From NCBI GenBank assembly GCA_044440125.1, contig JBITAJ010000015.1:265178-329177 (forward strand): DNA of 64,000 nt, read 5' to 3'. Within the stretch, counting starts at the first letter, position 1. Every line of letters begins with the position of its first letter. The notes under the pieces were generated by a model. The model was given only the letters and a program-made list of their open reading frames with translations, was not told the DNA's origin and ran no database searches. A program made the position numbers and the translations under genes. The DNA comes from Sedimentisphaeraceae bacterium JB056. Its GTDB lineage: Bacteria > Planctomycetota > Phycisphaerae > Sedimentisphaerales > Sedimentisphaeraceae. Shown here piece after piece: positions 32,131-42,074 of this stretch.

Positions 32131-33750
32131 ATGAAAAGACGTATTAATTTAATTTTTTTAAACCTTTTGTTTTTTGGAGTGGTGATGAACTTGACAAAAG
32201 AAAAAGTGCAGGCGGTAGACATAATACCTCAGCCCAATAATATAGTTGTTGGCAAGGGTGAGTTTGTCTATGATGAAAAAGTGGTGTTATGTTGTGATGA
32301 TTCAGGGCGGTTTGCAGCTGAATACCTTGCGGGGCTTACCGAATCTGCTTGTGGTTTCAAACCTGAGATTGTTTCTTCATGCCAAAACAAGTGCATAAGT
32401 TTTTCAATCAGTGATTCCCTTACAGAGCTTGGCACCGATGGCTACAAGCTTGAAGTAACGGAAGAAAAAATAGCGATTTATGCAGCCGGTGATAAGGGAC
32501 TTTTTTATGGCGTCCAGACTATAAGGCAGTTATGCGATCCCAAATTCTTCTCGCAAGACAAATCATGTGATAAGAGTTGTACGATTCCATGTATCACTAT
32601 AATTGATAAGCCGAGATTTGAATGGCGAGGGCTTCATCTTGATGTTGCCAGACATTTTATGCCGATTGAGTTTGTTGAAAAATTCATCGATCTTCTGGCA
32701 ATGCATAAAATGAATGTTTTTCATCTTCATCTTACAGAAGATCAGGGTTGGAGAATTGAGATTAAAAAATATCCTAAGCTTACGGAAGTCGGTGCATACC
32801 GTGATGGCACGTTGATTGGCCATAAGAATGACTTGCCTCATGAATTTGATAATGTTAAGCACGGCGGCTATTATACTCAGCAGCAGCTTAGGGAGCTTGT
32901 TAAGTATGCATCCGACAGAGGAGTTACCATAGTTCCTGAGATTGAGCTTCCCGGCCATGCGATGGCGGCTTTGGCGGCTTATCCGGAGTATTCTTGTACC
33001 GGCGGCCCGCACGAAGTGCAAAAGAGCTGGGGTATCTTTGATGATATATATTGTGCAGGTAATGATGATACATTTACTTTCCTGCAGGATATACTTGATG
33101 AGGTGTTGGATATATTCCCTTCGAAGTATATACACATTGGTGGCGATGAAGCTCCCAAGAAAAGATGGGAAGAATGTCCAAAATGTCAGGCCAGGATGAA
33201 AGCCGAAAAGCTTGAAACCGAAGAAGAGCTTCAAAGCTATTTTATAAAGCGAATCGAGAAGTATCTCAACTCTAAGGGACGCAATATTATCGGCTGGGAT
33301 GAAATACTCGAAGGCGGGCTTGCACCAAATGCGGCCGTAATGTCATGGCGTGGAGAAAAAGGTGGCATAGAGGCTGCTAATCAAGGCCACAAGGTTGTTA
33401 TGACTCCTACTGATTACTGCTATCTCGATTTTTATCAGTCAGAAGACAAGGAGAAAGAGCCTCTTGCGATTGGCGGTTATCTGCCGCTGGAAAAAGCTTA
33501 TTTATATGAGCCTATCCCTAAAGCTATTGACGCAAGTAAAAGACATATGATAATGGGAATTCAGGGGAATATCTGGACAGAATATATGCAGACACCTGAG
33601 GTTGTTGAATATATGACATTCCCAAGAGCTTGCGCCCTTGCAGAAGTAGCCTGGACTATGCCCGAGAACAAAGATCAGGAAAATTTTGAAGCAAGACTTA
33701 AGGTTCACGAAAAACGCCTTGATAAACTTGGTGTTAAATATAGAAAATAA
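32131..33750 (+). CDS. Beta-N-acetylhexosaminidase (GH20)
   Basis: WRGLHLDVARHF, HLTEDQGWR, EIELPGH, IHIGGDE, WTEY. Confidence 0.95.
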   Translation: MKRRINLIFLNLLFFGVVMNLTKEKVQAVDIIPQPNNIVVGKGEFVYDEKVVLCCDDSGRFAAEYLAGLTESACGFKPEIVSSCQNKCISFSISDSLTELGTDGYKLEVTEEKIAIYAAGDKGLFYGVQTIRQLCDPKFFSQDKSCDKSCTIPCITIIDKPRFEWRGLHLDVARHFMPIEFVEKFIDLLAMHKMNVFHLHLTEDQGWRIEIKKYPKLTEVGAYRDGTLIGHKNDLPHEFDNVKHGGYYTQQQLRELVKYASDRGVTIVPEIELPGHAMAALAAYPEYSCTGGPHEVQKSWGIFDDIYCAGNDDTFTFLQDILDEVLDIFPSKYIHIGGDEAPKKRWEECPKCQARMKAEKLETEEELQSYFIKRIEKYLNSKGRNIIGWDEILEGGLAPNAAVMSWRGEKGGIEAANQGHKVVMTPTDYCYLDFYQSEDKEKEPLAIGGYLPLEKAYLYEPIPKAIDASKRHMIMGIQGNIWTEYMQTPEVVEYMTFPRACALAEVAWTMPENKDQENFEARLKVHEKRLDKLGVKYRK

Positions 33751-33909
33751 GATACTACGGGCGCTGAATAGTATTATTATCGTCTCTTCCTGAGTGTTTT
33801 TTAATACATTTCTTGAAGAGACGATTTGCTTCAGTGTGTAAATAAGCATCTGTTTGCCGCAATAAATCTTGTTGACGTTTTGGTGTTAATCCTTAAAATA
33901 GCGGCAGAT

Positions 33910-34878
33910 ATGAGTGGCAAAAGAAAGAAAAAGAGTAAAAAAAATAATCCGGTTTCAGATTATATCACCTATTTAGGTGTGCGTATGATCTGTTCGGTGC
34001 TTTTCATGCTTGGAATTGATCGTTCAATGCGATTGGCATGTGGTCTGGGAAGGCTCATGTGGTATCATTATCATCGCGGTCGCGGCCGAGCTTTAGAGAA
34101 TCTTAAGAACAGTTTCCCTGACAAAGACGAACAGTGGATAGAGGAGACTGGCAAAAAGAGCTTTCAGCACCTTGTTATGCTCGTGGTAGATATAATATTT
34201 ACAACCAGGCTTGTCCGAAAGGATAACTGGAAGGAATTTGCATCTTATGTGAACACTGAGAGATGTAAGTGGATGATGGCTGAAGGCAAGGGAATGATAC
34301 TTCTTACCCCTCATTACGGGAATTTTGAGATAATAGGCTATCTTCTGGGGCTCTTTGGCTTTGATATTTACAGTATTGCAAGGCCTATTGACAATCCTTA
34401 CATAAACAAATGGCTTTATAGTGTTCGTGAGAAACATGGGCAAAGAATTATCGACAAGAAGGGTGCCAGTGCAGTGATGCCTTCTTTATTGAAGAAGGGC
34501 GCAGTGCTCGGTTTTATTGCCGATCAGGATGCGGGCAGGAAAGGTGTTTTTGTTGATTTCTTCGGACGTAAGGCTAGTACTTATAAGAGTATAGGACTTC
34601 TTGCTATTACTGAGAACCTGCCGATTGGTATAGGTGTGTGCCGTCAGGAATACGGCAAGTTTTTCTTTGAGATAGAATGCGGCAAGATAATTACTCCCGA
34701 TCAGTGGCAAGACAAAGATAACCCATTAAAATGGGTTACTCAGGAATTTACCTCAGAAATGGAGAGGCTGATACGCAAAGACCCTTCTCAATACTGGTGG
34801 CTTCATAGAAGATGGAAGCATCGGCCTAAAGAAGAGCGTAATAAAGCGAAGAAAATGAATCTTTCTTATGACAAATAA
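33910..34878 (+). CDS. Lipid A late acyltransferase (LpxL/HtrB family)
   Basis: HYGNFE, ADQD...FVDFFG, PSQYWWLHRRWK; probable start MSGKRK at 33910. Confidence 0.9.
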   Translation: MSGKRKKKSKKNNPVSDYITYLGVRMICSVLFMLGIDRSMRLACGLGRLMWYHYHRGRGRALENLKNSFPDKDEQWIEETGKKSFQHLVMLVVDIIFTTRLVRKDNWKEFASYVNTERCKWMMAEGKGMILLTPHYGNFEIIGYLLGLFGFDIYSIARPIDNPYINKWLYSVREKHGQRIIDKKGASAVMPSLLKKGAVLGFIADQDAGRKGVFVDFFGRKASTYKSIGLLAITENLPIGIGVCRQEYGKFFFEIECGKIITPDQWQDKDNPLKWVTQEFTSEMERLIRKDPSQYWWLHRRWKHRPKEERNKAKKMNLSYDK

Positions 34879-34901
34879 GATCGGCGAAAGGTTTTGATCT
34901 G

Positions 34902-35750
34902 ATGAGCGGTAACCAAGTTGAAATACTAAGCTATCAACCGGACCTTCCCGCTTATGGTGTTCTTGTTGAGAGTCACCATCACGGGCCTAATTTTAAGACT
35001 GGTATACATAGGCATAGCTATTCTACCCTGATATATGTTGTCAGCGGCCGGGGGCGTTGTATCACAGAAAAGGGAGATCACTACCTTGAGAGTGACTCGG
35101 TTCTTATGCTTGAGCGGAACATGCCTCATCAGATGATAGATAAACCAAGCGGTGCGATGGTTGTTTTCGTTGTATATTTCTCTGATAGCCTTCCACTTGT
35201 TGATGAAAAGATGACACGCAAATTGTTCAATGAACCGCTTGTGCAGGTCCCTCGGCACAACAGCCGCCAGCTTAGGCAGATATTACGCCAGATGCTTTAT
35301 GAACAAAATGCCAAACCGGAATTTAATGATATTGCTCTTACTCAGTGTTTTTCTTCTATAATGCTTATGCTTTACCGCCTTGCGGCAGCCGGAGTGGAGA
35401 ATAAATCATCGCAAAAGAGTCAGGATAGAGTTCTTGATGTCTTGAATTATGTGCACTCACACTATTACGAGACTTTTACCCTTTCGGATATAGCGGCAGA
35501 TGCGGGGCTTTCCGAGAGGCAGTTTGCTAATATTTGTCGTCAGTTGAAGGGGCAGAGCTTTGTGCAATACCTTAACTCAATAAGAACGCAGAAGGCAAGT
35601 GAGCTTTTGATCGAGACCTCAATGTCAATATCAGCTATAGCATTTGAGGTTGGTTTTGAAGAGATATCGACGTTTTATCGCGCCTTTAAGAAGCATCAGG
35701 GGCAAAGTCCTATGAGTTTGAGAAAAGACAATGAAAATGAGGCGAAATGA
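34902..35750 (+). CDS. AraC-family transcriptional regulator (cupin + HTH)
   Basis: HRH cupin motif; ISAIAFEVGFEEISTFYRAFKKHQGQSP. Confidence 0.93.
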   Translation: MSGNQVEILSYQPDLPAYGVLVESHHHGPNFKTGIHRHSYSTLIYVVSGRGRCITEKGDHYLESDSVLMLERNMPHQMIDKPSGAMVVFVVYFSDSLPLVDEKMTRKLFNEPLVQVPRHNSRQLRQILRQMLYEQNAKPEFNDIALTQCFSSIMLMLYRLAAAGVENKSSQKSQDRVLDVLNYVHSHYYETFTLSDIAADAGLSERQFANICRQLKGQSFVQYLNSIRTQKASELLIETSMSISAIAFEVGFEEISTFYRAFKKHQGQSPMSLRKDNENEAK

Positions 35751-36379
35751 GTAGTCTAAATGGGAAATTTATAGTTCTTGATGGGCCGGATGGCTGCGGA
35801 AAAACCACACAGTCAAAACTTTTGTCACAATGGGTTCAGTCTCAGGGTGTTGATGTTGTGAGTTTTCGTGATCCGGGAACTACGGCTGCAGGTGAAGCAA
35901 TTCGTGCAATATTGCTTGGCACTGAATATGGACATATTGATGATGCAGCCGAGGTAATGTTGTATATGGCGGCGAGAATCCAGCTTTGGCATGAGAATAT
36001 TGCTCCGGCTCTTGAGACCGGGAAATGTGTAATAATGGATCGTTGGCTATCGAGTACATGTGCATATCAGGGTTACGCAGGCGGCTTTGGGATGGAAAGA
36101 GTTGTTGATATAGCGGCATTGAGCCTTGAAAGGCTCTGGCCTGATATTACTGTTCTGCTTGATATAGATGTTGAACAGAGCAGCGCGAGACTAACAAGGG
36201 AGCTTGACCGAATGGAACTGAAGGGTCAGGATTATCACAGGCTGGTTGAGGCTGGATATAAAGAGCTTGCAACGCGCAGTAATGATAGTGGTTTTGGCTC
36301 TTTTGTTGTGGTTAATGCTGTTGGCGAGATTGAGCAGATTCATAATACGATAATAAATGTCGTAGAAGAGCAATTTTGA
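35747..36379 (+). CDS. tmk: Thymidylate kinase
   Basis: FIVLDGPDGCGKTTQ, RDPG, DRWLSSTCAYQG; ATGA overlap with AraC gene. Confidence 0.95.
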   Translation: MSSLNGKFIVLDGPDGCGKTTQSKLLSQWVQSQGVDVVSFRDPGTTAAGEAIRAILLGTEYGHIDDAAEVMLYMAARIQLWHENIAPALETGKCVIMDRWLSSTCAYQGYAGGFGMERVVDIAALSLERLWPDITVLLDIDVEQSSARLTRELDRMELKGQDYHRLVEAGYKELATRSNDSGFGSFVVVNAVGEIEQIHNTIINVVEEQF

Positions 36380-36409
36380 TAATATAGATTAAACAAGGAT
36401 AGTTATCAT

Positions 36410-36742
36410 ATGGAACAGAGAGCTAAGAGCTTATTTCACGGCGTAGAAAAATATAACTGTGCGCAGGCGATTGTTGCGGCATTCAAAGAAAAATATAATG
36501 TATCTCAGGATGTGATAGACGAGTTTAAGGCTTTTGGCGGCGGCAGGGCTGAGGAGGGCTTGTGCGGCGCTCTTTATGCAGGTCTTCATCTGGCAGGCGG
36601 AGATTTAGTTAAGGATGAGCTTAGAAATGTCTTCATGGAAAAGGCTGGTTGCCTAACTTGCAAAGGAATAAAGAAAGGTTCTAAAATGCCTTGCAGTGAA
36701 TGCGTTGGATTGGCTGCTGCGACTCTTGAAAAGCATAGCTGA
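36410..36742 (+). CDS. C-GCAxxG-C-C family redox protein
   Basis: YNCAQA, GLCGALYAG, TC, CSEC. Confidence 0.8.
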   Translation: MEQRAKSLFHGVEKYNCAQAIVAAFKEKYNVSQDVIDEFKAFGGGRAEEGLCGALYAGLHLAGGDLVKDELRNVFMEKAGCLTCKGIKKGSKMPCSECVGLAAATLEKHS

Positions 36743-36765
36743 AAAGTATAACCAACGTCCGCTGG

Positions 36766-38370
36766 TTATGATACCGCCGGACGTTTTCTTGGTTTATTAT
36801 TGATTATGCTGTGCATTTGATTTGCGTATAGAAGGTAGTGCTCACAGCAAAGGTCTGTAAAAACAGAATTTAGACCCATCATCTTTTTACGTCTGCGCCA
36901 TTTGTCGGCCTCATATGGGCCTCGCGGTGTTCTGTATGTGCAATCGGCTGCCTTCTCTTTGAATATAAGACGCATAGAGTGAACATCTACGCCTTTTCGT
37001 GTGAATATCACTTCCTGTTCTGTTATTTTTATGTCATATTTTGCCGCCTGTGAAGCGAAAGGCGTCTGGTCAAAGAGCTTGAAACTGCTTGCAGTGAAGT
37101 CATCGCAGTAGTCAAGAACATCATCTATCATATCGAACGTCTGTTCAAGGTCTATATCATTACTTGTCGGAAGTCCGTATATCATCATTGGCAGGTTTGA
37201 TATATTGGCGTTATAAGTGTCTTCAAGTACTTTCTTTATCGTATCTACTGAGGTGCCTTTGTTGCAGATGTCAATAAGGCGTTGTGAACCGCTCTCAACG
37301 CCCCAGCTAATCCATCTGCAGCCGGCTTGTGACATGGTATCAAGTATCTCAGGCGTATAATCATCTGTAGGGCGGCCCATTATGTGGAAGGCAATATCGA
37401 GATTGCGGTTGAGTATTTCCCGGCTTAGAGCCACCATATCGTCTGCATCTACATATTGGTCTGCAAAATAAAAATGCCTCGCTCCCATAGAATTATCCAT
37501 ATACTCAAGATAATCGACAAACTTGCTGATTTGGTGCTTTCTGTATCCGCTGTATGAGAAGTTGTGTGCACAGAAACGACATTTTCTCCATTTGCAGCCT
37601 CGCGAAAAGATGACGGGTACAACAGGCGAGGAGTTGAAGTATAAAGAAGTATCTAAACAGGCAAAAGTTGGCAGGGGAACCTTTGCGAGGCTGATAGTGT
37701 CAGGTTTGGTGTTCTTTAAGATATTACCATGTGAACGATAACGCAGGCCCGGGATATTGTTGTATGCATATTCTTCACATAACATCCTTAATCCTTCTTC
37801 GCCTTCACCCTGCAGTATTGCATCAACAAATTCGCAGCAGTGGAGTATTTCGTCTGCATCCATTATTGATGCTGTTGCCCCTCCCAGGATTATGTCTGGT
37901 TTTTCTGTTCCTTTTATCTCCCATATATGTTTTGCTATTGCCAGTGAAGGGATTATCTGCTCAGGATACATTACGGAAATGCCGATAATCTTCGGTGCTT
38001 CAATAAGAATCGAATTGCACTGATCATGGAGTATCTCTGCCAACGATTCAGTCATCTGATCTGTTTGCAAATAGTTCTTGCAGGCATCGCTATATTTATC
38101 TATCTGTCTGGATATCTCGAACCAGCTTTCCAGGTGGTAAAGGTATTGGGCTTTATCAAAGAAATTGCCTTCCTTGCCCCTGAAAAAGTCCTTGAATCTT
38201 ATGAATTCCGGCTTTTGGTCGGAAAGGTTGTCCCACAATTTAATGTTGAGATCATGAGTCGATAGCTGGCAGCTTGGGCAATATATACCCATATATTCCG
38301 CTAATGCGGCTATTCCCAACGGCATATATGCCGGACTCGATGCTGGGGCAAAAACAAGCGATGCTTGCAT
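36766..38370 (-). CDS. B12-binding radical SAM protein
   Basis: PLGIAALA, ILGG...GEGE, SRGCKWRKCRFC (CxxxCxxC), GVESGSQR. Confidence 0.9.
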   Translation of the reverse strand: MQASLVFAPASSPAYMPLGIAALAEYMGIYCPSCQLSTHDLNIKLWDNLSDQKPEFIRFKDFFRGKEGNFFDKAQYLYHLESWFEISRQIDKYSDACKNYLQTDQMTESLAEILHDQCNSILIEAPKIIGISVMYPEQIIPSLAIAKHIWEIKGTEKPDIILGGATASIMDADEILHCCEFVDAILQGEGEEGLRMLCEEYAYNNIPGLRYRSHGNILKNTKPDTISLAKVPLPTFACLDTSLYFNSSPVVPVIFSRGCKWRKCRFCAHNFSYSGYRKHQISKFVDYLEYMDNSMGARHFYFADQYVDADDMVALSREILNRNLDIAFHIMGRPTDDYTPEILDTMSQAGCRWISWGVESGSQRLIDICNKGTSVDTIKKVLEDTYNANISNLPMMIYGLPTSNDIDLEQTFDMIDDVLDYCDDFTASSFKLFDQTPFASQAAKYDIKITEQEVIFTRKGVDVHSMRLIFKEKAADCTYRTPRGPYEADKWRRRKKMMGLNSVFTDLCCEHYLLYANQMHSIINNKPRKRPAVS

Positions 38371-38620
38371 CTATTACTCCAAAATATAAAAAGTTCAAAA
38401 GAAAATTTATAAGCGGCGTATTATAAATTAAAGTGGGATTCCAAGGCAATATTAATTTTACTTCTTTAGATGATTTATTGAAAAATTATTCAGATTTAGG
38501 GGCTAATATTGTTTAATAAAGAAAGGCCGGCTTGGAGTCGTTCAGTGCAGTAAAACTTTATCAGCCGGCCATTGGGAAACTTTGCATTGTATGCGTATTT
38601 GCATATTCTGGAGAAGAAAT

Positions 38621-38646
38621 AAAAAAACCGGCATGAAAGCCGGTTT
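38621..38646 (-). terminator. tRNA-Gly terminator
   Basis: AAACCGGC / GCCGGTTT stem followed by T7 on the minus strand. Confidence 0.8.
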
Positions 38647-38651
38647 AAAAG

Positions 38652-38723
38652 AGCGGGTGATGAGATTCGAACCCACGACATTCACGTTGGCAACGTGACG
38701 CTCTACCGCTGAGCTACACCCGC
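38652..38723 (-). tRNA. tRNA-Gly(GCC), CCA not encoded
   Basis: Reverse complement GCGGGTGTAGCTCAGCGGTAGAGCGTCACGTTGCCAACGTGAATGTCGTGGGTTCGAATCTCATCACCCGCT folds as a cloverleaf with anticodon GCC. Confidence 0.97.
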
Positions 38724-38863
38724 ATAAATTAAGACTTTTTGTCTCAGAGCTTGGGGATTATATGCAATAGACTCGTAGATTCAAGCCTTTTTTGTTGAAA
38801 AAGGACTATTTTTTTGAATTCAAATTTGCAGTGTTATTTTTTCAGCAGCACTGGGTGCTTATA

Positions 38864-39271
38864 CTAAAAATCAACTTCGATTCGTCCACCTTTGAACTGC
38901 ATGCTTTCTGCCGTATAATGGTGTATCTCGATTTTTACGCCGTCGGGGTCCTCTGTCCAAATCTGCCATGTTTTATCGCATCCAAGCTTCTTATCGGTTA
39001 CTGCAAGGCCTTTAGCTTTCAAAGTTTCTGCTACGGCATCAATGTCATCTGTCTCAAGGCAAAGATGCTTGATTGAACCTTCTGATGCAGGATCCGTACT
39101 TTTGAATATTTCGACAAAAGTGTTATGTCCGGCTTTTAGGTACAACCCAAATATCTCATCGTTTCTTGTGAATTCGAAACTTTTTTCAAGCCCAAGTATG
39201 CCACAGTAGAAATTTTCGCTTGCAGTTAAATCTTTAGCATGGATGCAGATATGTGCTATTTGTGTAATCAT
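38864..39271 (-). CDS. VOC/glyoxalase-family protein
   Basis: IAHICI...FYCGILGL, IKHLCLETDDID, DPDGVKIE; AAGGAG before ATG 39271. Confidence 0.88.
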   Translation of the reverse strand: MITQIAHICIHAKDLTASENFYCGILGLEKSFEFTRNDEIFGLYLKAGHNTFVEIFKSTDPASEGSIKHLCLETDDIDAVAETLKAKGLAVTDKKLGCDKTWQIWTEDPDGVKIEIHHYTAESMQFKGGRIEVDF

Positions 39272-39405
39272 GTCTCGCTCCTTTAATAAATATAAAACGT
39301 TATTTGGATTGATTTTAACATGAAATTTCAAAAAATCAAATTGTTTATTGCTGTCTGATTGACGCTTTGAGCTTTGAGATGGTGCATCTGTGAATCTTAA
39401 TTTTC

Positions 39406-39467
39406 TTGACAATACACCTTGTGAATGATAATATATCAACTGTGTTGAATAAGCAATCAGTTAATTG
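39406..39467 (+). promoter_or_regulatory. Sigma70 promoter plus CAATCA-NN-TGATTG-type operator
   Basis: TTGACA 39406, 17 nt, TG-n-TAATAT (39429-39434); CAATCAGTTAATTG at 39454-39467. Confidence 0.65.
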
Positions 39468-39489
39468 TTTTTAGAAAGTGAGGCTTGTT

Positions 39490-41970
39490 ATGTTTAGGTT
39501 TTTGTGTTCTATGTTAGTGTTAGCGGTGTTTGTATCGACTGGTTTGGCTGATCGCCAATATGACCTTGTGGAATTGTATCACACCAATAGAAATCCAGCT
39601 TCTGATGATGCGTCAGGTCATGTTGTGCCGTGGTGCGTATCAACGCTTTGGCTTGGTACTGCCAATGCGAATGTTACACAAAGTGATATTGACACGGCAA
39701 ATTCGAGGCTTGACGATCTTGATGATTCCTCTGAGTTTACGCAAATGCCGCAAACCGCATCGTTTGCATCCATTGATCAGTGGGGTGTTTATTGGGCCAT
39801 GCCTAATATGCTCAAGGTCGTTCTTGATCCTACAATCACTAACAGGACTACGCTTAACGCAAGGTCGTCTGTAAGAAATGTGCTTGAGAATTTTGTTGCT
39901 TATCGTGATAAATATTCAGATGCGGCTTTGACAGATTCTAAGCTGTATGAGATATCAGGAAGCATGAATCACGATTGGCTTCGGAAAACAACTTATCTTC
40001 TTACTGCGCAGCATTTCAAAGAGCTTGATAACGGCAATGGGAGAAATATTTACAATGACGGCTATACAGCGGCTCAGCATTATGACGCCTGGAGACTGCA
40101 TCTCAAGGAAAGGATGAGGAAGCTTGCCGCTCGCGGAATCGATCCGGAAATCAGTCCGGGTTATATCTCAGTTACTCTTGAGTCGATGTTTAATCTTGTA
40201 TATCTTTGTGAGGATGAGGTTTTAGCTGAGCAGGCGGAGAAATTCATCAATCTTTACCTTGCGGACTATGCGGCTGAGTCTTTTCATGGTATCAGAGGTG
40301 GAGGTTTGACAAGAGTTTATAAGGATTCCTGGGCATTCAGGCCTGAATCACATTATATGAGAGCATATTATCATCTTTTCGTTGCGGATCCGGCTGCCTT
40401 TCCCTGGTCCAGCCCCGACAGGACTTTTCTTGGTGTCTGTATGTCAGGCTATTCATGTCCGTCAGTCATACAAAACCTGATGACGCAAACTAAGAGTGAC
40501 TATAACAGCACATCTCGAAGACCGGCTAAAGGCACTCAGGCGACAAGGGATGACTCACCGTTTTATACGCTTCAGTGGCCTTCTGATATAAGGCGTTTTA
40601 CTTATTGCACATCAGAATATGTGATGGGTGGCTTCTGTATATATGACCAACAGCCTTCCAGCTACTACGTAAAGCTTAATTCGCAGAACCAATGGATGGG
40701 GCTTGTAAGTGAATGTGATATTCAAAGCAGGGTTTATTTTCAGTGTGGGTCTCCTACTGATACCACAAGCGGATACAGCGAGCTGGATGCTATCGGTAAT
40801 AAGGGGGCTATGCTGATAAAGAGGCAGGAAAATGTTGTAGGCACTCCCGATCTTTTCTGTTGGATGTCGAATGATTTCAGGACTAACAGGGTAGGGCCTG
40901 ACAGCGGTACGAATTACTGGGTGTTCTCAGAAAATACTGACAGTTCCGTTTATGTTGCTGTTAAAGCTATAGATGCTTCTTCTGCTGCATTCTACACTCT
41001 TGATACTGATGGTCCTGGTTACGGCGATCCGCTGACAATCGATTTCAGTGACGATAATACTATTTGTGTCATTCAAGCGGCTAAAGCGAGCGATTATAAT
41101 AGTTTTTCTGATTTCCAGACTGCTGTCAAGGCGGAAACTTTCAGTAAAAGCGGTACGGAAGTTACATATACGACTCTTGATGGTGATACATTAAAGATGT
41201 ACACCGATGGTACTCAGCCCAAGATTAACGGGGTGAGTTTCGGGTTGAATATTTCTAATACGTATACTGGGTATTATTTATCTAACGATTGTTATGATAA
41301 CCCTACTGTATATGTGACAGATGAGTCGAGTAATTGTCTCGTGCTTAACTTCGATTATTATGACTATCCTCTTTGGGATGAGGCAAATACTGTTGCTTTG
41401 TGGAATATGGATAGTACTTCTTCGGGGGTGATTGTAGATCAGGATGATAATAACTCCGGACGTGATTGTGACCTTACTCTCTCTGGTCCTGCACTGGTTA
41501 CCTCGCGGAGTGATTTTGGTAATGCGTTATCTTTTGATGGTACCAACGATACTTCATACACTGATGTTATCACTCAACCCACAGAAGTGAAAATCGAGTG
41601 CTGGCTTTATGTTGATTCAGGCACTACGGGCGATAATCGTTGGATAGTTGAAGGCGGTAAGTATGGCCTTTATACAAATAGTGCTGGTACTACTTTGACT
41701 TTCCGTGCATACGATTCCGGTGATAACTGGACTTTTGTTTCCGCGGATATTTCAACTGATACGTGGCAGCACGTAACGGCGGAATTCTGTGATGGAACGG
41801 TCTCTGTATCTGTATTGAATGATGATTACAGTGTAGGTGATTACTCGTCTGATTCAGCAGGGGCATCAACTCTTGCTTCTCATAGCGGTAGAATATACGT
41901 GGGTGCCTTTGGGACAACGATGAGGTATTTCAAGGGTGAAATTGATGATTTGAGAATTTTTGAACCGTAA
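39490..41970 (+). CDS. Secreted SxNH-family protein (paralogue A) with C-terminal LamG domain
   Basis: Signal peptide; SMNHD, HYDAW, EISPGY, GIRGG, SQNQWMG shared with 46721 and 48584; LamG tail (ALSFDGTND, WQHV, YFKGEIDDLRI). Probable ATG 39490; ORF-track GTG 39478. Confidence 0.8.
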   Translation: MFRFLCSMLVLAVFVSTGLADRQYDLVELYHTNRNPASDDASGHVVPWCVSTLWLGTANANVTQSDIDTANSRLDDLDDSSEFTQMPQTASFASIDQWGVYWAMPNMLKVVLDPTITNRTTLNARSSVRNVLENFVAYRDKYSDAALTDSKLYEISGSMNHDWLRKTTYLLTAQHFKELDNGNGRNIYNDGYTAAQHYDAWRLHLKERMRKLAARGIDPEISPGYISVTLESMFNLVYLCEDEVLAEQAEKFINLYLADYAAESFHGIRGGGLTRVYKDSWAFRPESHYMRAYYHLFVADPAAFPWSSPDRTFLGVCMSGYSCPSVIQNLMTQTKSDYNSTSRRPAKGTQATRDDSPFYTLQWPSDIRRFTYCTSEYVMGGFCIYDQQPSSYYVKLNSQNQWMGLVSECDIQSRVYFQCGSPTDTTSGYSELDAIGNKGAMLIKRQENVVGTPDLFCWMSNDFRTNRVGPDSGTNYWVFSENTDSSVYVAVKAIDASSAAFYTLDTDGPGYGDPLTIDFSDDNTICVIQAAKASDYNSFSDFQTAVKAETFSKSGTEVTYTTLDGDTLKMYTDGTQPKINGVSFGLNISNTYTGYYLSNDCYDNPTVYVTDESSNCLVLNFDYYDYPLWDEANTVALWNMDSTSSGVIVDQDDNNSGRDCDLTLSGPALVTSRSDFGNALSFDGTNDTSYTDVITQPTEVKIECWLYVDSGTTGDNRWIVEGGKYGLYTNSAGTTLTFRAYDSGDNWTFVSADISTDTWQHVTAEFCDGTVSVSVLNDDYSVGDYSSDSAGASTLASHSGRIYVGAFGTTMRYFKGEIDDLRIFEP

Positions 41971-41983
41971 ATGGGGAATGCTC

Positions 41984-42044
41984 TTGACAATCATCTGGTT
42001 GTAGGGTATGATTGGTCTGTGTCGATTTTACAATCAGGTGATTG
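41984..42044 (+). promoter_or_regulatory. Sigma70 promoter with two CAATCA-NN-TGATTG operators
   Basis: TTGACA 41984, 17 nt, TATGAT 42007; CAATCATCTGGTTG 41988-42001 and perfect CAATCAGGTGATTG 42031-42044. Confidence 0.7.
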
Positions 42045-42074
42045 TGTTAATGTAACAACAAGGATTATACAGGT

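Noticed and set aside
38496..38681. 61-aa ORF
   Set aside because: It overlaps the tRNA-Gly gene and its terminator.
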